Of a stretch of DNA of 60,616 nt, positions 37,211-46,263 are shown piece after piece. Made by a program: the position numbers and the translations under genes. The notes under the pieces were generated by a model that saw only the letters and a list, made by a program, of their open reading frames with translations, ran no database searches and had not been told where the DNA came from. Each line of letters begins with the position of its first letter. The stretch's first letter is position 1. Where the stretch lies: positions 1 through 60,616 of IMG/VR virus record IMGVR_UViG_3300017751_000016; one strand, given 5' to 3'. This DNA comes from a virus. Lineage: Duplodnaviria > Caudoviricetes.

Positions 37211-37258
37211 AATCTTGTCTATATAGTAATGAAGTTTTATTAATATGGAGTTTATATC

Positions 37259-37747
37259 ATGACTGAACTAGCCGTTTCTTCGGAAACCTCTGTCAAACAA
37301 GTATCCGCAGACACACCTAAAAAGAAATATCTTTTCCCTTATTGGTCTAATAAGGAAAACAGACACCTTATCGTCACGATAGAAAATACTAATGGTCAGA
37401 GCAACATGGCTTCCATTATGGATCCTGACGGCACTAATCCTGACATGAAGTTGGTTCTAGAGCAGTATACCGAAGACGAAATTGATAAAAACACACAAGA
37501 TGGTCTAGACAGACGCAACGAAAATATCAAGCGTCAAATGGAAAGGCGTGAATCTCAGATGGTTCGTGGTAAACAAGAATCATTATTTAACTGCAAGCTA
37601 GAAGCTTTCGAAGTAGATGCCATTAAAAATTCTAAAAATACTGAGATGAAACGAAAAATTCGTAAGTCTAAGTCTATCATGGAAGTTCAGGCATACGCAA
37701 CTATTCTATTGATGAAGGAACTAGAGAATGACGAAGCAACAGACTAA
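37259..37747 (+). CDS. Hypothetical protein
   Basis: 162-aa ORF with GGAG RBS; LF..KLEAFE...IKNSKN...K.KIRKSKS. Confidence 0.65.
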   Translation: MTELAVSSETSVKQVSADTPKKKYLFPYWSNKENRHLIVTIENTNGQSNMASIMDPDGTNPDMKLVLEQYTEDEIDKNTQDGLDRRNENIKRQMERRESQMVRGKQESLFNCKLEAFEVDAIKNSKNTEMKRKIRKSKSIMEVQAYATILLMKELENDEATD

Positions 37748-38432
37748 AGGGTTTGTAATTGTTGCGTCTGTCAGAAAAGGGTTTTATCGTTACGCTAAAG
37801 TATTAGCAGAATCAGTTAGAGACTTTTATCCAGAAGCAAACATAACATTTTTCACACACGAAGAATGGGTTGAGCCTGAAGACTATACACTGTTTGATAA
37901 CATTGTAACTGAAGGCATTCCTCGTCACATTCGTGCTAAGTTGTGGGCATTAGAAAAAACTCCATACGATATTACCTGTTATCTAGACGCTGACATGATG
38001 TGTGAGCATGAAGATATTCAGAATGTGTGGGACGAGTTGCCTGATGATTTAGATATTGTCTTCACTAAGAATCGTCCTTACAACGCCAAACTGACTAAAC
38101 TGGCTGAAGGCGAAGAGATGACTTGTCACTGTGGATTCTTTATCTATAGAAAGAATGAAGCAACTATGGATCTTATGGGGGCATGGTACACTGAGTATCT
38201 AGCACAGTGGGAACCAGACTACGACATGCTTCACTACCCCAAAGAGGCTAGAAAGTGGGACACATTTACTATGTGGCGGCTGCTCACATACGGAGATAAA
38301 GGTGTTAAGTGGGGATACATCAAAGAGCCAGATGCTCGTTGGAACTTTGTGAACGGATATCATTTCGAAGAATTACAAGGCACTGATATTGTTTTGTATC
38401 ATCACACAATTCCACCAGATAAGTTAGACTAG
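37728..38432 (+). CDS. GT-A fold glycosyltransferase (nucleotide-diphospho-sugar transferase)
   Basis: RAKLWAL.KTPYD.T.YLDAD (DxD), CG.F.Y, RWNF, C-terminal H. Confidence 0.75.
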   Translation: MTKQQTKGFVIVASVRKGFYRYAKVLAESVRDFYPEANITFFTHEEWVEPEDYTLFDNIVTEGIPRHIRAKLWALEKTPYDITCYLDADMMCEHEDIQNVWDELPDDLDIVFTKNRPYNAKLTKLAEGEEMTCHCGFFIYRKNEATMDLMGAWYTEYLAQWEPDYDMLHYPKEARKWDTFTMWRLLTYGDKGVKWGYIKEPDARWNFVNGYHFEELQGTDIVLYHHTIPPDKLD

Positions 38433-38443
38433 GAGTTTAAATA

Positions 38444-39100
38444 ATGAAATGGATTGATATTAATAATACTGAAATATCAGAAATTTTAAACTCGTATAGT
38501 GATTGGTTCTTTGACCAAGACTTAACTGAGCTAGATAAAATTGCAAATCATGAAGGCAGACATCAAGGCTACACTTTGTCAAAAGCGTGTGGTCTTGAAC
38601 ACCTAAAGGAAATTGTCACTAAAGATGGCGAACATATAGGTTATCCTGAGAAAACAATTTCAGTAGACATTGCTTCAGAAGATCGAGTATCGTCAGAGCA
38701 TAAGAAAAGATGTAGAGACATGGCGACTACATTGTGTTCTTATCTAGGTGCTAGAAATCAAGCTGTCAATGTGTATTATCCAGCAGCAGGTTTTATGAGT
38801 TGGCACAACAACTGGAATGCAGCAGGATATAATATTCTTCTGTCATACTCAAAAGAAGGAAATGGATTCTTTCGTTACAGAGATCCTATCACACACGAAG
38901 TAGTGAACATGCCAGACAAGCCTGGTTGGACATGTAAAGTAGGATACTTTGGAAAAGGTAGAGAACCAGACAAAGTGTTTTATCACTGTGCTGGCTCTCA
39001 TGAACAAAGACTGTCTTTAGGCTTTGTCGTACCTCACTTAGAAATGTGGCAAGACATGATTGAAGACATTTCAGGTGAAGACGCTACTTCGTTCCAATAG
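38444..39100 (+). CDS. Cupin/2OG-Fe(II)-like putative oxygenase
   Basis: YYP..GFMSWHNN, G.F.Y, GW..K.G.F, FYHCAGS...R.S.GF jelly-roll pattern. Confidence 0.55.
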   Translation: MKWIDINNTEISEILNSYSDWFFDQDLTELDKIANHEGRHQGYTLSKACGLEHLKEIVTKDGEHIGYPEKTISVDIASEDRVSSEHKKRCRDMATTLCSYLGARNQAVNVYYPAAGFMSWHNNWNAAGYNILLSYSKEGNGFFRYRDPITHEVVNMPDKPGWTCKVGYFGKGREPDKVFYHCAGSHEQRLSLGFVVPHLEMWQDMIEDISGEDATSFQ

Positions 39101-39740
39101 CCATAAAACGATCAAACTCATTTAGACCGTCAAACGTCCAGTATTTTTGTTTAATAGAACCTTGATACTGGACATTTTTTATGCCTGTGTTTTCTATATG
39201 ATTTTCAATTGAGTCTACACAATTAATACCATACATTTCTTTGATTAAGTTTGAATTCTGAACAGCAAATATACAATCAGGGTTTGATGTGGTTAGCTCT
39301 TTCAAAGGATACATAGTTTCTGCACACATTGATATAAGAACATCGCTATGTAAAGCATTAATATCATGAAACGCAAACGGAACATCCCAATTGATATGAT
39401 TTAAATCGATGCCTTGTTCTCTATAGTAACGATTGAATACTTGCGATAGTTCTAATGCGTCTTTATCAATATCAATCAAGTTTATTTTTCCAACATTAAA
39501 GTTTTCACAGAGTAAAGGAACTAGTGGAAATCCTAACCAAGAATTTAAGACAGTTATAGTTAATTTTTTATTTGTATCTAACACAGTGTCTAGTTCTTCA
39601 CACAACCAAATAGCAGCTTCCATTGAATTTGGATTTAAAGACTTTCTAAAGTCTTCTTGCTTGTAAGGCATTTCATGATTAATCTTATCTAGACCATCAC
39701 CCCAATTTTTGTAGTTGTTCAAAAAATTATAATTTAACAT
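39084..39740 (-). CDS. Methyltransferase-like Rossmann-fold protein
   Basis: WLCE, VLNSWLG, IDID..A, QNSN..E..GINCV.S, RFMAIG; ATG 39740 preferred over the track start 39764. Confidence 0.55.
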   Translation of the reverse strand: MLNYNFLNNYKNWGDGLDKINHEMPYKQEDFRKSLNPNSMEAAIWLCEELDTVLDTNKKLTITVLNSWLGFPLVPLLCENFNVGKINLIDIDKDALELSQVFNRYYREQGIDLNHINWDVPFAFHDINALHSDVLISMCAETMYPLKELTTSNPDCIFAVQNSNLIKEMYGINCVDSIENHIENTGIKNVQYQGSIKQKYWTFDGLNEFDRFMAIGTK

Positions 39741-39747
39741 CTTCCGG

Positions 39748-40416
39748 TCACTCCATAGAATCATATAAACACACTAGTAGATTGTCTCGTACTACATGCT
39801 TCTCAATATCAGTAGGCCATATATAGCCATTGTTGTAACTGTAAACCCATCCATCTGGGAAGTGATCTATTTTTAATAATCTTTCACGTTGATGAGCAAA
39901 TAGATTATCTAGGCCACGATAGTAGAAAAACATTTGTGATGGATAGTCACGAACAAATTTTGTGATCTTGTCAATATTTAGTCTGTCGTTCCAACGCAAT
40001 ACTGATGAGTTCAATTCAGTGTACGCCCACGGAATATCTACAACATCTCGTTTCATTTTTTTAAGATTGTGCCAACAAGTTCTAATGAATGTCAAGTTAT
40101 CTTCAGGATCGTAGTTCACAATACAATCTATATTTTGTTGTATCTCAACATCTAAGTCTAGAAAAAGCTTTTCGCCTTTTTGAGTGACAACAGTGCGATC
40201 AAACAGATATAATTTGTTCCACCATTTTTCATAGTAGTTGTCTTCAGGTAAATCAATCACTAAGATATCAGGATTCAATCCCCAAGGAGCTTCTGTTAAA
40301 CAATAGAAGTCAAACTCCTCAGTAATATGTTCTTTACACATTTCGTGTATTTTATTTACATGTTCGTGTGAGTATTTTTCTCCCCACTTCACGGTATAAA
40401 TGCTAATCATTTCCAA
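39748..40416 (-). CDS. Glycosyltransferase-like protein, KWGxKY family (paralog 4)
   Basis: VKWGEKY, F.CLT, WWNKL.LF, LFLDLDV, NSSVL.W. Confidence 0.75.
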   Translation of the reverse strand: MEMISIYTVKWGEKYSHEHVNKIHEMCKEHITEEFDFYCLTEAPWGLNPDILVIDLPEDNYYEKWWNKLYLFDRTVVTQKGEKLFLDLDVEIQQNIDCIVNYDPEDNLTFIRTCWHNLKKMKRDVVDIPWAYTELNSSVLRWNDRLNIDKITKFVRDYPSQMFFYYRGLDNLFAHQRERLLKIDHFPDGWVYSYNNGYIWPTDIEKHVVRDNLLVCLYDSME

Positions 40417-41234
40417 TGCTCCAATAAATTTGGATCTGCTAAATCATCTTGTTTAGTGCTGCCTCTGCTTTTATCTTCAAATGGTAGCAAGTCAATATTA
40501 AACACACATAAGATAGCATCTTCTCTGTATGTATCTACTGCTAAATCTCCTTCATCCCAGTCTCTTCCTCTGTTGTAAGAATAAGCCATCCAACTAGGAA
40601 AATGTCCCCATAGTGGAGTATTGCTAAAGTCTCCCCAACGCCAACTGTGGTAGTTATCAGTGCCGTCTGTAAACGTGAACCAGATTCTTTCTTGGTGTTC
40701 TAGTACATCTTCCCAAATCACTTCGCACTGATCGTCACTCCATACTTGACAGCTACCATTTGTGTATGCGCCATGGGCGAGCTTGAAGTTTCTGCTGTTC
40801 ATCGGACGAGGATCTTGCCACCAACTACGAAGTTTAGTAGGACGATCTAAATCGTATGTAATGATAGGGCCCATATCATTCTGTATAATAACATCGAGAT
40901 CCAAGAAAACGAAACGACCAGTGGGTGTATCGTCAGCAAAATTATGAGTGTTGAAGACAAAAGTCTTAGGACGATCCCAACAGCGAGCCATATTGTATTT
41001 AAAATCATCAGTACCAAACCAATACTTAGGATGAATGCTGTCAATGTCAGGGAAGTCAATTACTTTAATCTCCTCGTCTAGTCCTTCAGGATGTTCTGTG
41101 TAGCAATAGAAGTGAAAATCAAACTTCTCTGGATCAGTGTGGCGTTTTGCCATGTTTTTTAGTTTGTTGACAAAGTGAGGGCCGTACTTAGTACCCCACT
41201 TACAGCAAACATAATTAACTCTCATCTTACTCAT
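40407..41234 (-). CDS. Glycosyltransferase-like protein, KWGxKY family (paralog 3)
   Basis: CCKWGTKY, FYCYT, WDRPK, FLDLDV.IQ, NGS, GTD, YSYNRG. Confidence 0.75.
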   Translation of the reverse strand: MSKMRVNYVCCKWGTKYGPHFVNKLKNMAKRHTDPEKFDFHFYCYTEHPEGLDEEIKVIDFPDIDSIHPKYWFGTDDFKYNMARCWDRPKTFVFNTHNFADDTPTGRFVFLDLDVIIQNDMGPIITYDLDRPTKLRSWWQDPRPMNSRNFKLAHGAYTNGSCQVWSDDQCEVIWEDVLEHQERIWFTFTDGTDNYHSWRWGDFSNTPLWGHFPSWMAYSYNRGRDWDEGDLAVDTYREDAILCVFNIDLLPFEDKSRGSTKQDDLADPNLLEHWK

Positions 41235-41992
41235 ACTGAGTCCCAAAGTAATAATAGGTTAGGCTCATCTAATTGTTCAAGTTTTATCTGCTTTTTCGCA
41301 GCAGGATCTGGAGTCAAGTCTGTATTGAATATACAAACTTTCGGATCAGGTCTAAATACTTTAGATTCAAGATCGTCAGGATATTTCATGCCTCTGTTAT
41401 AAGAATACACCCAATCGTGTGGTATATTTTTCCAGAAATCTCTTTGGCGCCAATAATGATAGTTATCTGATCCTTTAAAAAATGTAGTAAATACTATGTC
41501 TTCGTTTATCAGAACGTCATGGTAGATATGTTTACATTGCTCGCCTTTCCAGCACATCATGCTAGAGTTATAAAATGTTCCTCTAATTTCTATAAACAGT
41601 CTTTCATGAATTTGCTTTGGATCTTGCCAGTTAGAATGTACAATTCTAGGCTTCTCTGCTAATTCTTCTAGCTCGTCTATGTTGTTCTGAATGATTACAT
41701 CTAAATCAAAATAACACCACTTTCCTTCGTAGCCTAGCCATTCTTGAGAATTGAATACGAGAAACTTAGCACGATCCCAACAATAGTTTTCTTTACCGAA
41801 CCAATGACCTGGATGCAAAACACCGTCATCTGGAATAGGGTGTGTGTCACACTCCAGCCCTTCGCTGTCATCTGTGTAACAGGTAAATGTGAAAGGCTTC
41901 GTGTAGTTCTTTTCAACCATGCGATAAAGGTTATTCACATAGTCAGGAGAGTACTTATCACCCCATTTTATGCATACAAAATTCATGCTCAT
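41231..41992 (-). CDS. Glycosyltransferase-like protein, KWGxKY family (paralog 2)
   Basis: CIKWGDKY..DYVN.LY.MV, FTCYTD, YFDLDV.IQ, NSSMM.W, GSD, YSYNRG. Confidence 0.78.
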   Translation of the reverse strand: MSMNFVCIKWGDKYSPDYVNNLYRMVEKNYTKPFTFTCYTDDSEGLECDTHPIPDDGVLHPGHWFGKENYCWDRAKFLVFNSQEWLGYEGKWCYFDLDVIIQNNIDELEELAEKPRIVHSNWQDPKQIHERLFIEIRGTFYNSSMMCWKGEQCKHIYHDVLINEDIVFTTFFKGSDNYHYWRQRDFWKNIPHDWVYSYNRGMKYPDDLESKVFRPDPKVCIFNTDLTPDPAAKKQIKLEQLDEPNLLLLWDSV

Positions 41993-42608
41993 ATTCTTTC
42001 TCAATATCGGGAAAGTCTGCTTGCCCGTTTAGTAATGCTATTGTTTTGTCTGGCTGATATTTGTTGCCAGAGAATTTAAATGAGTATATCTCGTCTTCTG
42101 GAAAATGCTCGAAAGTAAAGTTTTCATGGTACAAGAATCTATCGTCACCTGCGTATTTAACCATGTAGTAATCTTTGTTTTCTTCCCAGTAATTATATAT
42201 ATGTCTTGCATCTTCCCACAACATTACACTAGAGTTGAAGTTGCTTAGATAATTAAACGACCATCTAGCGTCTTTATGATAAGGAAAGTTTTTATCTTTC
42301 CAATAAGTATAGCAAATGACAGGGGCATTGTCAAGTAAATCAAACAAATGATCTATATCATGTTGTATTCTTACATCTAGGTCTAGATACAGTATCTTGC
42401 CGTAAGTATGTAGGTTGAATAATTTTACCTTTTCCCAGTGACCTTCTACTTCTTTGTCTATCGGTATTGTATAAATATCTTCATACAATTCTGTATTATC
42501 ATCTGTTACGCACACATAATTGTACTTCCCATCAGTCGCATCATATATGCGATTGACATCACCGGCAGTGTATTTACTGCCATATTTTAGTGTCAAAATT
42601 GTTTTCAT
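41958..42608 (-). CDS. Glycosyltransferase-like protein, KWGxKY family (paralog 1)
   Basis: LKYGSKY..DVN, VCVTD, WEKV.LF, LYLDLDV, NSSVMLW, GDD.F. Confidence 0.75.
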   Translation of the reverse strand: MKTILTLKYGSKYTAGDVNRIYDATDGKYNYVCVTDDNTELYEDIYTIPIDKEVEGHWEKVKLFNLHTYGKILYLDLDVRIQHDIDHLFDLLDNAPVICYTYWKDKNFPYHKDARWSFNYLSNFNSSVMLWEDARHIYNYWEENKDYYMVKYAGDDRFLYHENFTFEHFPEDEIYSFKFSGNKYQPDKTIALLNGQADFPDIEKEYEHEFCMHKMG

Positions 42609-42625
42609 ATTGAATATCAATTTGT

Positions 42626-42633
42626 TATAAATA
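42626..42633 (+). promoter_or_regulatory. T4-type late promoter for the fibre/neck operon
   Basis: TATAAATA. Confidence 0.8.
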
Positions 42634-42660
42634 AAAAGAGTGAACTAACAGGATAATCAT

Positions 42661-42987
42661 ATGGCAGGTATAACAAACATAGTTATAGATCAAGGGACTA
42701 CTTTTGATCTCACTATTAATGTAACCGCAGACGATGGGTCTCCCACCGATCTTACTGATTATACTATTTCGTCTCAAATTCGTAAAAGTTATTACACGAA
42801 TACTTATACAGAACTCACCACGAGTAAAGTAAATTTAACAGGCGAGATTACGCTTTCGTTGACTCCTACACAAACTTCAGCATTGAAAGCTGGTAGATAT
42901 GTGTATGATGTTGAAATGGCATCGTCTGAGGAAACTGTAAGAGTAGTTGAAGGTATTGTAACTGTAACCCCAGAGGTAACACGATAA
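42661..42987 (+). CDS. Virion structural protein (Ig-like adaptor)
   Basis: NI.IDQG.TF, DLT.Y...SQIRKSY, L.LT..QT.ALK.GRYVYDVE, R.VEG.VTVTP.VTR. Confidence 0.75.
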   Translation: MAGITNIVIDQGTTFDLTINVTADDGSPTDLTDYTISSQIRKSYYTNTYTELTTSKVNLTGEITLSLTPTQTSALKAGRYVYDVEMASSEETVRVVEGIVTVTPEVTR

Positions 42988-43250
42988 TGGCAATTAAAGT
43001 TTCTGCTCCCTCTAGCAGTGGTAGAAAAGTTAAAGTTTCTGTTCCTTCTAGCGACAGTAGATTAGTTTCTACGATTGCTACGGGATCAAAAAGAGTAACT
43101 GGCGCTAAAGTCGAGCAATTAACTAATGTTGATGCTACTGGTTTAGAAGACGGCTACACACTAGTATACGATGAATCAACTGGCAAGTGGGTAGCAAAAC
43201 AATTAACTGCTGAGATCAATCTTTCTAGTTTAGATGGCGGCACTTACTAA
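42987..43250 (+). CDS. Small fibre-associated protein ending LDGGTY
   Basis: L.NVD...L.DG..LVYD...GKW motif; C-terminal DGGTY. Confidence 0.65.
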   Translation: MAIKVSAPSSSGRKVKVSVPSSDSRLVSTIATGSKRVTGAKVEQLTNVDATGLEDGYTLVYDESTGKWVAKQLTAEINLSSLDGGTY

Positions 43251-43322
43251 AAATTATACTATGGAAACATGTTTTTATAATAAGTAAAAAGTATTTTTTT
43301 TTAATAAAAGGAGAATTGCCAC

Positions 43323-45095
43323 ATGGCAACAGTAATTCAGATTAAACGATCTACCGCAGCAACTGCACCAACCGCATCTCAGTTAGCGGCGTCAGAAATG
43401 GCATATGCACAAGATAAGGCTAGTGACGGTGCCGGTGCGATTCTATATATTGAGTCCGTCAATAATGACAACACAGCAGCGATTCACAAAGTTGGTGGTA
43501 AATACTACACTGACCTAGTAGACGCTGCAACTTCAGCTAAAACTAATAACGCTATTGTTAAGCGTGATGGTTCTGGTGCTATCTCTGCTGACGTAACTGG
43601 TGATGTCACAGGTGATGTCACTGGTAACGCTGACACAGCAAGCGCATGGGCAACTGCTCGTACTATTACACTTGGTGGCGACCTTTCTGGTTCCGTATCA
43701 ATTGACGGTTCTGGCGATGTTACTCTTACTGGTACAGTATCTGGTGCAGATGCAACTACACTGACTGGATCTGGTCTTGCTTCAGACGGTACTGAGGTAC
43801 TCAATACTGGTACTGACGGCACTGACGCTACTTTCACTGGTGATGTAACTGGTGATTTAACTGGTAACGCTGACACAGCAACTGCACTCGAAACTGCTCG
43901 CACTATCGGTGGTGTTTCATTCGACGGTTCTGCAAACATCGACCTCGCTGGTGTAAACACTGCGGGTAACCAAGATACTTCAGGCAATGCTGCAAGTGCA
44001 ACTGCACTCGAAACTGCTCGAACTATTGGCGGCGTATCATTTGACGGTTCTGCTAACATTGATCTTCCAGGCGTAAACACTGCTGGTAATCAAGACACTT
44101 CAGGCAACGCTGCTACTGCAACTACGCTTGCAACTGCTCGTGCAATCAGCACTTCAGGTGACGCAACTGGTACTGTAAACTTTAACGGTTCTGCCGATGC
44201 AGACATCGCTCTTACACTTGCTAACTCAGGCGTTACTGCTGGTACTACCGGTTCTGCTACTGCTGTTCCTGTTATCACTGTTGATGCTAAAGGTCGTGTA
44301 ACTGCTGTTTCATCACAAGCAATTGCTACTTCATTCGACATCTCTGACGGCTCAAACACTGATACTGTTGCTGGTGGCGAAACTCTTACTTTCGAAGGCA
44401 CAACTAACGAAACTGATGTTACTGTTTCTGCTAACAAAGTAACTGTTGGTCTCGTAGCCAACCCAACTATCGGTGGTAACCTCACTGTATCTGGTAACTT
44501 GACTGTTTCTGGTACAACTACTCAGGTTAATACTACTAACATGGCTGTTGAAGATTCACTCGTAGCTTACGCTACTGGCAACTCTTCAGACGCAGTTGAT
44601 ATTGGTTTCTTCGGTAAGTTCAACGACGGTGCTGCTAAAACTACTGGTTTATTCCGTGACGCAAACGATGGTGATTTCCATCTCTTTGAATCACAAGAAG
44701 ACATCACTGGCAACACTGTTGACAAGACTGCAACTGGCTATGCTGTTGCTACTTTAGTTGCTAACATCACTGGCGATGTAACTGGCGATCTTACTGGTAA
44801 TGTCACAGGTAATGTTACAGGTAATATTACTGGCGATGTAACTGGTAATGTAACTGGTAACCTTACTGGCGATGTAACTGGTTCATTGACTGGCGGCACT
44901 GTTTCTGGTCTATCTGCTGCAATCGCTGTTGCAGACGGTGGTACTGGTGCAGGCACATTCACTAGCAAAGGTATCATTTATGGTAACGGAACTGGTGCAA
45001 TGCAAATAACTGCTGCAGGTACAGAAGGCAAAGTACTAGTTGCTGGTTCAGGCGGAACTCCTGAGTTTGCAGACCTCGATGGTGGTACATACTAA
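43323..45095 (+). CDS. Tail/neck fibre protein (590 aa) with G-D/N-V/L-T repeats
   Basis: MATVIQIKRS N-terminus; GNADTA..L.TARTI repeats; VDAKGRVT; GGTGA; C-terminal LDGGTY. Confidence 0.8.
   Translation: MATVIQIKRSTAATAPTASQLAASEMAYAQDKASDGAGAILYIESVNNDNTAAIHKVGGKYYTDLVDAATSAKTNNAIVKRDGSGAISADVTGDVTGDVTGNADTASAWATARTITLGGDLSGSVSIDGSGDVTLTGTVSGADATTLTGSGLASDGTEVLNTGTDGTDATFTGDVTGDLTGNADTATALETARTIGGVSFDGSANIDLAGVNTAGNQDTSGNAASATALETARTIGGVSFDGSANIDLPGVNTAGNQDTSGNAATATTLATARAISTSGDATGTVNFNGSADADIALTLANSGVTAGTTGSATAVPVITVDAKGRVTAVSSQAIATSFDISDGSNTDTVAGGETLTFEGTTNETDVTVSANKVTVGLVANPTIGGNLTVSGNLTVSGTTTQVNTTNMAVEDSLVAYATGNSSDAVDIGFFGKFNDGAAKTTGLFRDANDGDFHLFESQEDITGNTVDKTATGYAVATLVANITGDVTGDLTGNVTGNVTGNITGDVTGNVTGNLTGDVTGSLTGGTVSGLSAAIAVADGGTGAGTFTSKGIIYGNGTGAMQITAAGTEGKVLVAGSGGTPEFADLDGGTY
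43878..44117 (+). repeat. 120-bp (40-aa) direct duplication within the fibre gene
   Basis: ATALETARTIGGVSFDGSANIDL.GVNTAGNQDTSGNAA occurs twice, starting at 43878 and 43998. Confidence 0.85.
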
Positions 45096-45106
45096 ATAGT
45101 AATGAC

Positions 45107-45132
45107 AGAGAGGGGAGTTGCTCCCCTCTTTT
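45107..45132 (+). terminator. Intrinsic terminator after the fibre gene
   Basis: AGAGGGGAG-TTG-CTCCCCTCT followed by T-run. Confidence 0.75.
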
Positions 45133-45156
45133 ACTTAACACAAAGGTGATAATATA

Positions 45157-45732
45157 ATGGAAAACGAAAACTTAGTCAATGCATACATTGCAAATCTTGC
45201 AAAGAGTGTAAATGATTTAACACTGGAAAACCTTCTATTGAAGGCCAAACAACAGAATGCTGCTGCTGACACAAATGCAACACAGGAGCAATTAACAAAT
45301 CAAGCTGAAGAAATACAAGAGCTAAAAGATACTGAAGAAAAATTGCGAAATGAAAGCTTTGATCTTCAAAGAAAAGCTAAAGATGACACCGACTTTATTG
45401 AAAGATTAGAAGGTGGACTTGAGCAAGCAAACGCTATCATAGCGCAGTTTGAAGAAGAAAAGAATGGGGCGCTGGCTAAAGTTGCGAAGCTTGAGAAGGA
45501 AGCTAAACAACGAGTAGTACAAGCACCTACTGATACTAAAAAATTAAAAGAAGAAAAAAATACATTATTTAATCAGAATGTTAAGTTGTTAAAAGATTTA
45601 GATTATGCCGAAAATAAAATAAAAGAGCTGAAAGTTAAGCTCAGAAATAATACCCAAGAGGAATCGGTAAATGGCAACAATAATCAAGCCAAAACGGTCG
45701 GAAACGGCGGACTCGATACCGAGTTCAGATGA
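45157..45732 (+). CDS. Coiled-coil protein (possible fibre chaperone)
   Basis: Heptad-rich 191 aa; LVNAYI..L...V.DLTLENL.LKAK N-terminus. Confidence 0.65.
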   Translation: MENENLVNAYIANLAKSVNDLTLENLLLKAKQQNAAADTNATQEQLTNQAEEIQELKDTEEKLRNESFDLQRKAKDDTDFIERLEGGLEQANAIIAQFEEEKNGALAKVAKLEKEAKQRVVQAPTDTKKLKEEKNTLFNQNVKLLKDLDYAENKIKELKVKLRNNTQEESVNGNNNQAKTVGNGGLDTEFR

Positions 45733-46024
45733 TCTCGCTGTAGGCGAAATTGCATTAAACCCTACTGACAAAAAGATTTATACGAAGAAAGCAGACGGTA
45801 CAGTAGTAGACATGAATCCTGGCATCACTGCTTCGGATACAGATGTTACTAATACTATTTCAAAGTTTACATTTGCAGACACAGAAACTGGCAATATGTT
45901 TGTAGATTTTGATACGGAATCTGGTACAGCAATTGTTAAAGTAGCAATCAATGCAGACCAAGACTACGGACTCATCACTCAAGATGTTGGCGACTTCAAC
46001 GCAATTGACTACGGGAGTCTCTAA
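45671..46024 (+). CDS. Small fibre-associated protein (IKPKRS..L.VGEIA.N..D N-domain; D.G repeats at C-terminus)
   Basis: MATIIKPKRSE...PS..DL.VGEIALN; ends IDYGSL. Confidence 0.7.
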   Translation: MATIIKPKRSETADSIPSSDDLAVGEIALNPTDKKIYTKKADGTVVDMNPGITASDTDVTNTISKFTFADTETGNMFVDFDTESGTAIVKVAINADQDYGLITQDVGDFNAIDYGSL

Positions 46025-46026
46025 TC

Positions 46027-46251
46027 ATGGCGAGTAGAATTAAGTTTAGAAGAGGTAGTACTACCGAACATGCTAGTTTTACTGGTGCAGAAGGTGAGAT
46101 TACTGTAAACACAACCAAGGATACTCTTGTAGTACATGACGGAGCCACCGCTGGCGGCTTTGAAATGATGAGATCAGACCTTGATAACATAGGAAGTACT
46201 GTAATCCCAGCGGCGAATATCACTGATATCGATTGCGGCACTTACTCATAA
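46027..46251 (+). CDS. Small protein consisting of an Mtd N-terminal-like domain
   Basis: RRGSTTEHASFTGAEGEITV.TTKDTLVVHDG.TAGGF. Confidence 0.75.
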   Translation: MASRIKFRRGSTTEHASFTGAEGEITVNTTKDTLVVHDGATAGGFEMMRSDLDNIGSTVIPAANITDIDCGTYS

Positions 46252-46263
46252 CGGAGACTGGAA

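Noticed and set aside
43505-44977. Long antisense ORFs over the fibre gene
   Set aside because: By-products of biased Gly/Thr/Ala codon usage on the sense strand
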